Shown here piece after piece: positions 20,641 through 29,463 of a DNA stretch of 64,000 nt. Location of the stretch: NCBI GenBank assembly GCA_963751165.1, contig CAVVTP010000011.1, positions 164,995-228,994 on the forward strand, given 5' to 3'. This DNA comes from an uncultured Alphaproteobacteria bacterium (lineage in GTDB: Bacteria; Pseudomonadota; Alphaproteobacteria; Rhizobiales; Beijerinckiaceae). The notes below the pieces were generated by a model that saw only the letters and a list, made by a program, of their open reading frames with translations, was not told the DNA's origin and ran no database searches. The translations under genes were made by a program, and so were the position numbers. How positions within the stretch are numbered: the stretch's first letter is position 1; every line of letters starts with the position of its first letter.

Positions 20641-22341
20641 CGCGAACACCCCGTGCACAAACCATTTCGCCTGCTCCGTCTCTTTCCCCCAGAGGCCCTC
20701 ACGGTAGAGCCAGAAGCGGCGGCCGTGTGAGTCCTCGGCGCGGAAATAGTCGCGCGTCGGGACGTCAGGGCTGCGCCACCAGGGAGCGGCGATGCGCTCG
20801 GGGCCCTCGATGGCAGCGACGTCGTGCAGCACGCGCCGCCAGCGGAAGCGGAGCGGCGGCCCGTCCGGCACTTCGGCGATCGCGTCGATCGGCTCGGGGC
20901 GGGTGAAGAGTCTCAGCGGTCGCGCCGGCGCGCTTCCTTCGCCCTCATCCGGCGACCCCCGGATCAAGTCCGGAGATCCCCGGCTACCTTCTGCTGCATA
21001 GAGCGTCGAAAGACGCCCGTCTCTCGATGGGCTAGGCAGGAGAAGGAATTCGCCCCCTCTCCCGCATGGGGCGTCGAAAGATGCCCGTCTCTCGACGGGC
21101 TTTGCGGGGGAGGGCTGGGGTGAGGGTGCGAGCGAAGCCGGCGCAACCCGCTCGGCCTGTTCGGGTAGATGCGCTTCGACGCGTTCGCGTCGCGTCACCG
21201 CGCGCACCCCCAGCCTCGCGCCGAGCCGATCGATGAGATCGGCGAGCGCGCGGGTTCGCTCGGCCTCGTAGGCGCGCTCGAGTTCGGCCTGCGAGGGCTC
21301 GAGCGGTTCGGCCATGAGGCACGAGAGGCGTATGAGGTCGACGCCGAAGCCCGCTTCGATCGCCTCCTCCTGCAGGCTTGCGAGCTTTTCGGCGAATAGG
21401 CGGAGAAAAGCGCGAGCTTCGTTGAGCGGCCGCGAAGCGCCGACCAGGATGCGGCGCACGTTGCCGTCGACGCGGTAGAGGCTGAGCTCGATCCGCCGAG
21501 CCCCCTTGGCCTGCCGCTCGAGCAGTACGACGAGATCGTCGGCGAGCTTGCGCAAAGACGCCTCGATCGCCTCGACCGTCTGCACGGGCGAGGTGAAGCG
21601 CCGCTCGGCGCAGAAATCGGGGGCGGCGAAGCGCGGCGCGATCGAGGCGCGATCGAGGCCTTTCAGCGCGTCGAGCCGCGCCATCGGCTGGGCGCCGAAC
21701 CGCGCCGTGATCGGCGCGCGCGGCCTGAAGGCGATGTCGCCGACGCGTTTCAGGCCCGCCCGCGCCATGTCGGCGACGGTCTTGTCGTCGAGGCCGAGGG
21801 CGGCGAGCGGCAGGTCGTGGAAGAGCCTTGCGAGGGCCTTGTCGCTCAAGGGCTCGGGCGCGATCTTCTGCGTCGAAAAGCGCGCCAGCGCCCAGGCGGC
21901 GCGCGGATTGCCGGCGGCGCCGCCCGCCGCGGCGACGCCGAGCGCGGCGAGGCGGCTGACGCAAGATTCCATCAGCGCCTGTTCGCCGCCGAACAGATGC
22001 GCCACGCCGGAAATGTCGAGCATCAAGCCGTCGCGTCCGTCGAGCGCGGCGAGCGGGGTGAAGCGAGAGCACCAGTCGCATAAACGCTCGAGAAGCCGCG
22101 CCTCTTCCGCCGGATTAGCCTGGACCGCGACGAGGGCGGGATGACGCGCGCGCACGTCCGCCAGCGAGAGGCCGGCCGTCAGGCCGAGTTTTGCGGCGTT
22201 CATGTCGACGCAGACGAGCCGCTCGGCGTTGTTGACCCTGGCGACCGCCGCGAGCGGCGCCGCCCGATCAATGGCCTCGAGCCGCCGGGCTCGGTCCGTC
22301 GCCAAACGCGGCAGCCAGAGAGAGAGAAATCGCCGAATCGT
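20638..22341 (-). CDS. imuB: ImuB (Y-family polymerase-like SOS mutagenesis protein), carrying an in-frame mosaic-repeat insertion
   Basis: Collinear with ImuB. Likely TTG start at 22341 (MTIRRFLSLWLPRLATDR) behind GAGGAG, whereas the listed ORF extends to 22395. C-terminus ...RLFTRPEPI...WFVHGVFA. The stop abuts the DUF559 element. Confidence 0.8.
   Translation of the reverse strand, partial: TIRRFLSLWLPRLATDRARRLEAIDRAAPLAAVARVNNAERLVCVDMNAAKLGLTAGLSLADVRARHPALVAVQANPAEEARLLERLCDWCSRFTPLAALDGRDGLMLDISGVAHLFGGEQALMESCVSRLAALGVAAAGGAAGNPRAAWALARFSTQKIAPEPLSDKALARLFHDLPLAALGLDDKTVADMARAGLKRVGDIAFRPRAPITARFGAQPMARLDALKGLDRASIAPRFAAPDFCAERRFTSPVQTVEAIEASLRKLADDLVVLLERQAKGARRIELSLYRVDGNVRRILVGASRPLNEARAFLRLFAEKLASLQEEAIEAGFGVDLIRLSCLMAEPLEPSQAELERAYEAERTRALADLIDRLGARLGVRAVTRRERVEAHLPEQAERVAPASLAPSPQPSPAKPVERRASFDAPCGRGGEFLLLPSPSRDGRLSTLYAAEGSRGSPDLIRGSPDEGEGSAPARPLRLFTRPEPIDAIAEVPDGPPLRFRWRRVLHDVAAIEGPERIAAPWWRSPDVPTRDYFRAEDSHGRRFWLYREGLWGKETEQAKWFVHGVFA
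20941..21136. repeat. Mosaic palindromic repeat copy read through in frame inside imuB. Encodes ...[64 protein letters not shown]...
   Basis: Modules GCCCTCATCCGG, nested hairpins CCCCCTCTCCCGCA[GGGGCGTCGAAAGATGCCCGTCTCTCGACGGGC]GCGGGGGAGGG, GGGGTGAGGGTGCGAG. The 585-aa ORF is continuous across it. Confidence 0.7.
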
Positions 22342-23164
22342 CAAAAGTCGTCTCCTCGCTTCGCCATTCGAGCCTGACTGCCCGCGCGGGGTCATTTAGC
22401 CGTGCTCGCTGAACGCGGCCGTCGCGGTTCATAGGACATCCGGAAGGACGCCCGTCTCCCGACGAGCTATCGGCCGCGCCTACAGAACCGCCAAGGCGCG
22501 CCTTGACGAGCCGCGCCCGGCAGGCGAAGGGGCCCGGCAGGTCCCGGCCAGCCGCCGCAGAAATTTTTGCGCTCGGTGCGGCGGCGATCTCGAACCGCGT
22601 CTCGGCTGCGCTCGACAGTTTGTCCGCCTGGCCATAGGCGCTCGCCAGGACGAGCAGCGCCGGCGCGCGCCCTTTTCGCGCAGCGAGCAGCAGGCGGCGG
22701 GAGGCGGCGAGGCTGTAGCCCTTCAAGTTCCAAATCTCGCCGACGACCGCAGCCGTCGCGCCGCATTTGAGCGCCTCCTCCATCGTCCAGAATGCCGCCT
22801 CGGCGTCGGGCGCCTGGACGAAGACGAGGCGGCTTACGGGAAGCCCATGCGCGGCGAGCCCCGGCCCATAGAGCGCGCCTGCCTCGCGCCCCACGAAACT
22901 CTCGCCGACGAACAGCGCGGCCGACGGCCGTTGCTTCAGGAATTGCGCGGCGAGAGCGAGCGCGAAGCCCATCGCCGCGGCCCCGTCGGCCGGCTCCGCC
23001 GGGGCGATCTCGTGCAGGGCGTCGACGGCGAGGCCTCCGCCGAGCGCTGGATCGAGCGCGCGGGCAAGCGGGAGCCGCCGCGCGGCGCGCTGAAGTCCCG
23101 TCCCCTCGATTTCCGAGACGGCACGCCGCAAACGCGCCATCTCCGCTTTGCCGCCGAGCGACAT
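22268..23164 (-). CDS. imuA: ImuA (RecA/SulA-like SOS mutagenesis protein). The 3' end is uncertain and the ORF probably over-extends across a repeat fragment at 22447-22467.
   Basis: First gene of the cassette. ImuA-like N-terminal 230 aa. A LexA box lies 19 bp upstream of the ATG at 23164. The last 60-70 codons overlap imuB and look non-native. Confidence 0.65.
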   Translation of the reverse strand: MSLGGKAEMARLRRAVSEIEGTGLQRAARRLPLARALDPALGGGLAVDALHEIAPAEPADGAAAMGFALALAAQFLKQRPSAALFVGESFVGREAGALYGPGLAAHGLPVSRLVFVQAPDAEAAFWTMEEALKCGATAAVVGEIWNLKGYSLAASRRLLLAARKGRAPALLVLASAYGQADKLSSAAETRFEIAAAPSAKISAAAGRDLPGPFACRARLVKARLGGSVGAADSSSGDGRPSGCPMNRDGRVQRARLNDPARAVRLEWRSEETTFDDSAISLSLAAAFGDGPSPAARGH

Positions 23165-23182
23165 TCGGTCTCACGCCTTTCT

Positions 23183-23197
23183 GTTCAATCTTTGTTC
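23183..23197. promoter_or_regulatory. Alphaproteobacterial LexA (SOS) box GTTCaatctttGTTC upstream of imuA
   Basis: Exact GTTC-N7-GTTC, with a second overlapping GTTCtcgttttGAAC palindrome at 23194-23208. Located 19 bp upstream of the imuA start. Confidence 0.8.
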
Positions 23198-23439
23198 TCG
23201 TTTTGAACCTTGGCGCGGCGAGAGTCAAGAGGACGGGCGCGCATGGCGCTGACCTTCAGGTCCGCGAGGCATGCGGGGTCCTCGCAAACATCCCGATATC
23301 GTTAGACGGCTTGAGCCTGACGCCGATGTCATTCCACAGTTTTTCTGCCGGTGACCCCCTGCTTTTGCTCCAGGCACAGCGGAACAAAACGGGCGGCGCG
23401 AGCACGCAAGCCCTCTTATTTCAAAGAGCCGGGAAGGCA

Positions 23440-23621
23440 GCCCGGCGATTACGCCAAAGTATGGACGCCGCCGCCCGGCAAGGCGCCCAGAAGCCAAAGC
23501 AACACCAGGACGACCGGACCAGTCCCAGCACGCCACCGAGACCGGGACCGCCACAGCTGCCGGTAGCCGTAGTAGCCGCCTCCGCCACTGAGAATGATCA
23601 GCACCAAAAATGATCAGAAGG
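23440..23621 (-). CDS. Small two-TM membrane protein (DUF3309-like, GGGGYYGY motif), apparently disrupted by a homopolymer indel
   Basis: Reading ATGATAACGATCCTTCTGATCATT...: after removing one T from a T5 run the ORF becomes MITILLIILVLIILSGGGGYYGYRQLWRSRSRWRAGTGPVVLVLLWLLGALPGGGVHTLA (60 aa). Confidence 0.3.
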
Positions 23622-23685
23622 ATCGTTATCATATGCGCAGGCCCTTCGATCCGAACCGACAACAGGGGCGCGCAGGAACGAGAGG

Positions 23686-23961
23686 TTAGCTCAATTGCTC
23701 GCCCTCTTGAACCTTTGCCTGCCCTTTATAGGGAGAGCGAGGCCGGATGCCGGTCTCGCTCCATGGCGGAGAGCCGGCTACTTCGCCGACTGGCTCTTCC
23801 GTCAGCCGTCTCCGAGTGCTCGTGTGCGGTCTTCGACTTGCTGTGCGCCCGGGCGGATTCCTCCCGCCCTTGGCGTGATCCCCCTTGGCACGATGCTCCG
23901 CCGCCATGCGGTGGCTCCTGGCGGCATTGTCGTGGTGATCGGCAGCCTTGCTGTGGGCGTC
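23686..23961 (-). CDS. Small His/Ala-rich hypothetical protein (MPKDAHSKAADHHDNAARSHRMAAEHRAKGDHAKGG...). The 3' part changes frame.
   Basis: Strong SD GGAGGCTCTC before the ATG at 23961. Repeated AxxHH/AAEH motifs. Downstream, a second frame continues the His-rich theme (ARAHSKSKTAHEHSETADG), suggesting an indel. Confidence 0.3.
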   Translation of the reverse strand, partial: DAHSKAADHHDNAARSHRMAAEHRAKGDHAKGGRNPPGRTASRRPHTSTRRRLTEEPVGEVAGSPPWSETGIRPRSPYKGQAKVQEGEQLS

Positions 23962-24243
23962 CTTGGGCATGAGAGCCTCCTCTGTCGAATTTAAGATCGA
24001 CCCCGCCAGAACGTTCGAGACGAACGAACCTGCCGTGGGAGCGCGCGGCGGTCGGCGGCACGCCGAACCTGGCGTCAGGGAGGAACCACATGCGTCAGAT
24101 CGTGGCGCCGTAGCCGTTGTCTGGCTCTTTGCCCTTACGCGCGAGCAATAACGGACGATGGACAGGATATCGGGCGCCGCCTGCGACGGCGACCCCGACG
24201 CGAAGGCGGTCGTCAGCTGCGCGACCAAGTAGATCCTCGCCCC

Positions 24244-24310
24244 GGCTTCTCCCGCATACGGGGCGTTCGCAAGAACGCCTCGCTCTCGAGCGACTCAGCG
24301 GGAGAAGCCG
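24244..24310. repeat. Mosaic-repeat-family hairpin GGCTTCTCCCGC[..GGGGCGTTCGCAAGAACGCCTCG..]GCGGGAGAAGCC, intergenic and possibly terminator-like
   Basis: Nested perfect stems read directly from the sequence. Confidence 0.5.
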
Positions 24311-24423
24311 GCGCGACAGCCGGCGCGAGATCGCGAGACGCCTGTGACACAACTGGATATGGCTCCGGACGAGGGTCTCCGCCAAATTCCTCAAATGGAA
24401 TTAGCCGCCGCGCGGCGCCAAAG

Positions 24424-24774
24424 CTACTTAAGGGTCTTGCTGCGCGCCGGAGGACGTGCGCCAGCCGCCGAGGCGTCCGCCGAGTTGCGCCCGGTCCAGG
24501 ACGTGTCCGCGGCGCCCTCAGCGGCCAACTCTGCGCCGACAAGTTCGAGAATGTCTTCGGTCGCCACCCGCTCGTAGTTTTCGCCGTCGTTGCGCAGGCG
24601 ATATTGCAGGAGGTTGTCGCGGGGCGGCAACGTGCGAGTGATGCGGAAAATTTCGTCCGTTTTGGGAAAGACGCCGCTCCTGCTCCTCATCCGAACAATC
24701 TGTCCGACCGAGAACAGATGAGCTGCGGCCTCAAGCGAGGGAATCCGCGTGACGCCAGGGCCTCGAATGGTCAT
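24424..24774 (-). CDS. Conserved hypothetical small protein
   Basis: Start MTIRGPGVTRIPSLEAAAHLFSVGQIVRMRSRS... preceded by AAGGA..GAGAG. No recognisable domain. Confidence 0.35.
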   Translation of the reverse strand: MTIRGPGVTRIPSLEAAAHLFSVGQIVRMRSRSGVFPKTDEIFRITRTLPPRDNLLQYRLRNDGENYERVATEDILELVGAELAAEGAADTSWTGRNSADASAAGARPPARSKTLK

Positions 24775-25196
24775 ACTCTCGTGATCCTTGCCAAACCGGC
24801 TTCGCATCGGCCGCATCAAAAGAGCCCAGCCGATGCTGCCGGGCGATGAAAGGCGCCGACGCGCCCAAAGACGGCCGCAGCAGCGCCGATACCCCACCAG
24901 GCGCGCCCGGTCCGGCTAATCTTAATCCAGAATTTCGGGAAATGCAGCCAATTCGTCACGATTTCCGAGAGATCGTCGATGAAATCCTCCCAACATTGGA
25001 ACAAGCGTCCAGACGGTTCGCCCGGTAGACGTGGATGCCCGCTGCCTCCGTCTCGAAATTCGCCAGAACCCGAGTGAGCTGGTCGGCGGCGCGCGCATCG
25101 GCCACGAGCCCAGGCGGGCTCGGGATCAGCAACGTTTGCTCGAAAACCGCCTTTCGAGCGTGAGCGCGACACGCCGGTCAGCCGGGGAGCCGCGTG

Positions 25197-25400
25197 CTCA
25201 TGGCTGGATTCAGCGGATCTCTTTGGCCGCAAGCAGCGCAACCGCGTCGACGTTGGACGAATCGACGAACGCGCCGGCTGTATTGATGTGGAGGCCCGAG
25301 AAGCCGAACTTCTTGGTCAGGCAGATATTGAGGATCGGGATATAGCCCTGCAGGTAGGGCTGCTGATCGATGATCCCGTCCACGCTACGGAGCAGCGGCG
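25197..25400 (-). pseudogene. 3' remnant (about 68 codons) of a periplasmic sugar-binding protein gene, no start
   Basis: The minus-strand frame reads ...IIDQQPYLQGYIPILNICLTKKFGFSGLHINTAGAFVDSSNVDAVALLAAKEIR*, abutting the arfB stop. No upstream continuation. Confidence 0.4.
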
Positions 25401-25410
25401 CCCGCCGCAG

Positions 25411-25824
25411 TCAGTCGGCGCCCGTTTTCCCCCTCAGCGCCTTGATCGCCCCGCGCCGGTTCTTTTCGTCCAAGCGGCGAGTGCGCGAGGCGAACGTCGG
25501 CTTGGTTGGCCGGCGCGGCTTTTCCCGCTCCTGCGCCTTCGAGAGCAGGTCGACGAGGCGGGCGCGAGCGTCCTCGCGATTGCGCGGTTGGCTGGCGAAT
25601 TTTTGGGCGAAGATGACGATGACGCCATCCTGGGTCGCGCGGGCGCCGGCGAGCTTGACCAGCCGGACGGCGACATCGTTCGGCAGACTGGGCGAATGGC
25701 GCGCGTCAAAGCGCAATTCGACCGCGCTCGCGACCTTGTTGACGTTCTGCCCGCCAGGGCCGGAGGCGCGCACGAACGTCTCGACGATCTCGCCCTCATC
25801 GATGAGAAGGTCGCCGACTTTCAT
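25411..25824 (-). CDS. arfB: Alternative ribosome-rescue factor ArfB (peptidyl-tRNA hydrolase, YaeJ family)
   Basis: GGQNVNKVASAVELRFD class-I release-factor catalytic motif plus a basic C-terminal tail. About 137 aa from MKVGDLLIDEGEI. Confidence 0.85.
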   Translation of the reverse strand: MKVGDLLIDEGEIVETFVRASGPGGQNVNKVASAVELRFDARHSPSLPNDVAVRLVKLAGARATQDGVIVIFAQKFASQPRNREDARARLVDLLSKAQEREKPRRPTKPTFASRTRRLDEKNRRGAIKALRGKTGAD

Positions 25825-25954
25825 GGATCGCTGCTTCCTAAGCCGCAATTGCGAGCGAAGCGAAATCCAGCGAACCTAGGTCGCCAGCCGGCTTCTGGGT
25901 TGCTTCGTAGCTTCGCCCCTCGCCATGACGGTCGGCGCTTCATTGCAAAGGCGC

Positions 25955-27358
25955 CTACCGCCACTCCCTCACATCCACAAACCGCCCGGCGACGGCGGCG
26001 GCGGCGGCCATGGCGGGCGAGACGAGGTGCGTGCGTCCCTTGTAGCCCTGGCGGCCCTCGAAATTGCGGTTCGACGTCGAAGCGCAGCGCTCGCCCGGCG
26101 CGAGCTTGTCCGGGTTCATCGCAAGGCACATCGAGCAGCCGGGCTCGCGCCATTCGAAGCCCGCTGCGAGAAAAATCTTGTCGAGGCCTTCCGCCTCGGC
26201 CTGCGCCTTGATCAGCCCGGAGCCGGGCACGACCATGGCATTGACCCGCTCGCTGACTTTCCGCCCCGCGGCGATCTTCGCCGCGGCGCGCAAGTCCTCG
26301 ATGCGCCCGTTGGTGCAGGAGCCGATGAACACTCGGTCGATCGCGATCTCGGAGATCTTTTCTCCGCCCTCGAGGCCCATATAGTCCAGCGCGCGTCGGA
26401 TCGAGGCGCGTTTCTGCTCAGTCGGCGCGTCGGAGACGCGGGGCACCATGCCAAGGATGGAGGCGACGTCCTGCGGGCTCGTGCCCCAGGTGACGACCGG
26501 CGGCAGATTCGCGGCGTCGAGCCTGACCTCGGCGTCGAAATGCGCGCCCTCGTCGGTTCGCAAGCCGTCCCAGTAGGCCCGCGCCCGATCCCAGAGGGCG
26601 CCCTTCGGCGACTTCGGCCGATCCTTCAGATAGGCGCAGGTCTTCTCGTCGGGCGCCACCATGCCGGCGCGCGCGCCCCCCTCGATCGACATGTTGCAGA
26701 CCGTCATCCGTCCTTCCATCGACAGCGCCTCGATCGCCGAGCCGCAATATTCGATGACGTGGCCGGTCCCGCCCGCCGTGCCGATCTCGCCGATGATCGA
26801 GAGTATGATGTCCTTTGCGGACACGCCTTCGGGCAGGGCGCCGTCGACCCTGACCCGCATGTTCCTGGCCTTGGTCTGGATCAAGGTCTGGGTCGCCAGC
26901 ACATGCTCGACCTCGGATGTGCCGATGCCGTGGGCGAGCGCGCCGAAGGCGCCGTGGGTCGAGGTGTGGCTGTCGCCGCAGACGATGGTCGTTCCGGGCA
27001 AGGTGAACCCCTGTTCCGGCCCGATGATGTGCACAATGCCCTGCCTCGGATCGAACTCGTCGTAATATTCGATGCCGAATTCGCGGGCATTGGCCGCCAG
27101 CGTCTCGACCTGCTGCCGGCTCTCGGGATCGGCGATCCCCTTGCTGCGGTCGGTCGTCTGGATGTTGTGATCGACGACGGCGAGCGTCTTCTCCGGCGCA
27201 CGCACGCTTCGCCCGGTCATGCGCAGGCCCTCGAAAGCCTGCGGGCTCGTCACCTCGTGCACCAGATGGCGATCGATATAGATGAGAGTCGCGCCGCCGG
27301 ACGTCTCGATGACATGGTCGTCCCAGATCTTGTCATACAACGTACGCGGCTTGTCCAT
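25955..27358 (-). CDS. leuC: 3-isopropylmalate dehydratase large subunit
   Basis: [15 protein letters not shown]...[13 protein letters not shown]...CNMSIEGG...SCTNGR, aconitase-family LeuC motifs over the full length. Confidence 0.9.
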   Translation of the reverse strand: MDKPRTLYDKIWDDHVIETSGGATLIYIDRHLVHEVTSPQAFEGLRMTGRSVRAPEKTLAVVDHNIQTTDRSKGIADPESRQQVETLAANAREFGIEYYDEFDPRQGIVHIIGPEQGFTLPGTTIVCGDSHTSTHGAFGALAHGIGTSEVEHVLATQTLIQTKARNMRVRVDGALPEGVSAKDIILSIIGEIGTAGGTGHVIEYCGSAIEALSMEGRMTVCNMSIEGGARAGMVAPDEKTCAYLKDRPKSPKGALWDRARAYWDGLRTDEGAHFDAEVRLDAANLPPVVTWGTSPQDVASILGMVPRVSDAPTEQKRASIRRALDYMGLEGGEKISEIAIDRVFIGSCTNGRIEDLRAAAKIAAGRKVSERVNAMVVPGSGLIKAQAEAEGLDKIFLAAGFEWREPGCSMCLAMNPDKLAPGERCASTSNRNFEGRQGYKGRTHLVSPAMAAAAAVAGRFVDVREWR

Positions 27359-27672
27359 AACCGTCTCCGGCGCCGATCGGCGCAATATGGAAGGGGAAAT
27401 GCGGGCTATCTAGGCCCGATGGGGCCAAGAAGGAAGGGCCCGCCTGTGCGATTGGCTCCCGAGCGCGCCGCGTCTCCGGCCGGTTGGACTGGAGGCGAAA
27501 GGCTGAAGCTCCTCAACGCGCGCTTTATGCGATTCAGCCGACTGTCAAATAAACCAAGTCACGACCTTATGACGATTTTAATGCCGATTTTTTGAACATC
27601 TGCCCGCGAATCGGTGTTATGAGAACGGCCCCGATGGGCTCCGGCCCGGGGAGTCGGGGAGGACAATGCGCA

Positions 27673-29463
27673 GTGCAAGCGACCGACATCGCCGATCCGA
27701 ACTATTTCCATAAGGTTGTCGACTGCCAGTGGGCCTGCCCGGCCCACACACCCGTCCCGGAATATATTCGCCGGATCGCGCAGGGCGACCATAACGGCGC
27801 CTATCTGATCAACTGGAAGTCGAACGTCTTTCCCGGCATCCTGGGCCGCACCTGCGACCGACCGTGCGAGCCCGCCTGTCGGCGGGGACGTCTCGAGGAG
27901 CAGCCGGTCGCCATCTGCCGGCTGAAGCGGGTCGCGGCCGACCGGAAGCAAAATATCGAAGCCCTGCTGCCGAAGGCGCCGCCGACGCTGAACGGCAAGC
28001 AAATCGCCTGTGTCGGAGCGGGGCCGGCGTCACTGACGGTCGCGCGCGACCTGGCGGCGATCGGCTACGCAGTTGTTGTTTTCGATTCCGATTCGCGCGC
28101 CGGCGGCATGATGCGCAGCCAGATTCCGAAATTTCGCCTGCCCGACGAAGTGATCGACGAGGAGGTCGGCTACGCGCTCTCGACCGGCGGCCGGTTCATC
28201 GCCGGACGGCGCATCAACAGCCTCAAGGCGCTGCTCGGCGAGGGCTACGACGCGATCTTCGTCGGTTGCGGCGCGCCGCACGGTCGTGACCTCGAGATCC
28301 CCGGCCGAGGGGAAGCCTCGAACAACGTACGGGTCGGGATCGAGTGGCTGGCCAGCGTGTTCTTCGGGCACACCCACTCGATCGGAAAGCGGGTCGTTGT
28401 CTTAGGCGGCGGCAACACCGCGATGGATTGCTGCCGGAGCGCGCGCCGCCTCGGCGGCGTCGACGTAAAGGTCGTGGTGCGCTCGGGCTACGCCGAGATG
28501 AAGGCCTCACCCTGGGAGAAGGAGGACGCGACCCACGAGGGCGTCGAAATCCTCAATTTCCTCGTCCCGAAGGCCTTCACGCACGACCAGGGACGTCTGA
28601 CCGGTGTCGTGTTCGAGAAGGTGAAGGCGGAGAAGGACAACCGCGGCCGGCGCCAGCTCACGCCAACCGGCGAGCCCGACATCCACATTCCTTGTGACGA
28701 CGTGCTGATCGCGGTCGGGCAGGAGAACGCTTTTCCCTGGATCGAGGCCGACCTCGGAATCGCCTTCGACCGCGGCGGAATGCCGTCGGTCGATCTTGTC
28801 ACCTTCCAGTCCAGCCTGCCCCACGTGTTTTTCGGCGGCGACGCCGCGTTCGGCCCGAAGAATATTATCACGGCGGTCGCACACGGCCACGACGCGGCGA
28901 TCTCGATTGACGCCTATTGCCGGGGCGTCGACACGCGCGTGCGTCCCCCGCCGACGACCAATCTCGTCAGCCAGAAGATGGGAATCAGCGACTGGTCCTA
29001 CGACAGCGCGATCACGCTCGACCGCCGGTTCGCGGTGCCGCAGGTCGAACGCGCCGCGGCGCTCAGGAACCTCCGCACGGAGGTCGAACTCGGTTTCACC
29101 GACGAGCAGGCGCTTGGGGAAGCAGGTCGCTGCCTCAACTGCGACGTCCAGACCGTCTTCTCGGCGCCCGCCTGCATTGAGTGCGACGCCTGCGTCGACA
29201 TCTGTCCGATCGACTGCATCTCCTTCTTGCCGAACGCGCCCGAAGAGGAGTTGCGCCAGTCGCTCAACGTACCGGCGCTCAATCTCGAGCAGGCGATTTT
29301 CGTTTCGGATCCCGTCAAGAGCCTGCGCATCATGGCGAAGGACGAGGATCTGTGCCTGCACTGTGGACTGTGCGCCGTCCGCTGCCCGACCGGAGCGTGG
29401 GACATGCAGAAATTTACTCTTGAAATGGCGCAAGCGGGGCGGGCATGCCAATCCAGGCCGTAA
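27673..29463 (+). CDS. Glutamate-synthase-small-subunit-like FAD/NAD(P)H oxidoreductase fused to a C-terminal 2x[4Fe-4S] ferredoxin domain (KorAB-associated)
   Basis: Two Rossmann motifs (ACVGAGPASLTVARDL; VVVLGGGNTAMDC). C-terminal CIECDACVDICPIDC and CLHCGLCAVRCP clusters. Probable GTG start at 27673 behind GGGGAGGA, whereas the listed ORF starts at 27592. Confidence 0.65.
   Translation: MQATDIADPNYFHKVVDCQWACPAHTPVPEYIRRIAQGDHNGAYLINWKSNVFPGILGRTCDRPCEPACRRGRLEEQPVAICRLKRVAADRKQNIEALLPKAPPTLNGKQIACVGAGPASLTVARDLAAIGYAVVVFDSDSRAGGMMRSQIPKFRLPDEVIDEEVGYALSTGGRFIAGRRINSLKALLGEGYDAIFVGCGAPHGRDLEIPGRGEASNNVRVGIEWLASVFFGHTHSIGKRVVVLGGGNTAMDCCRSARRLGGVDVKVVVRSGYAEMKASPWEKEDATHEGVEILNFLVPKAFTHDQGRLTGVVFEKVKAEKDNRGRRQLTPTGEPDIHIPCDDVLIAVGQENAFPWIEADLGIAFDRGGMPSVDLVTFQSSLPHVFFGGDAAFGPKNIITAVAHGHDAAISIDAYCRGVDTRVRPPPTTNLVSQKMGISDWSYDSAITLDRRFAVPQVERAAALRNLRTEVELGFTDEQALGEAGRCLNCDVQTVFSAPACIECDACVDICPIDCISFLPNAPEEELRQSLNVPALNLEQAIFVSDPVKSLRIMAKDEDLCLHCGLCAVRCPTGAWDMQKFTLEMAQAGRACQSRP

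Noticed and set aside
22447-22467. Repeat fragment GACGCCCGTCTCCCGACGAGC inside the imuA 3' region as a separate element
   Set aside because: Only the inner hairpin module is present (about 20 bp). That is too short to call a copy. It is noted only as a possible reason the imuA ORF over-extends.
24008-24032. GAACGTTCGAGACGAACGAAC as a third LexA box
   Set aside because: GAAC/GTTC tetrads are spaced 13 and 17, not the required N7 (11-bp register). Kept only as an unexplained palindrome.
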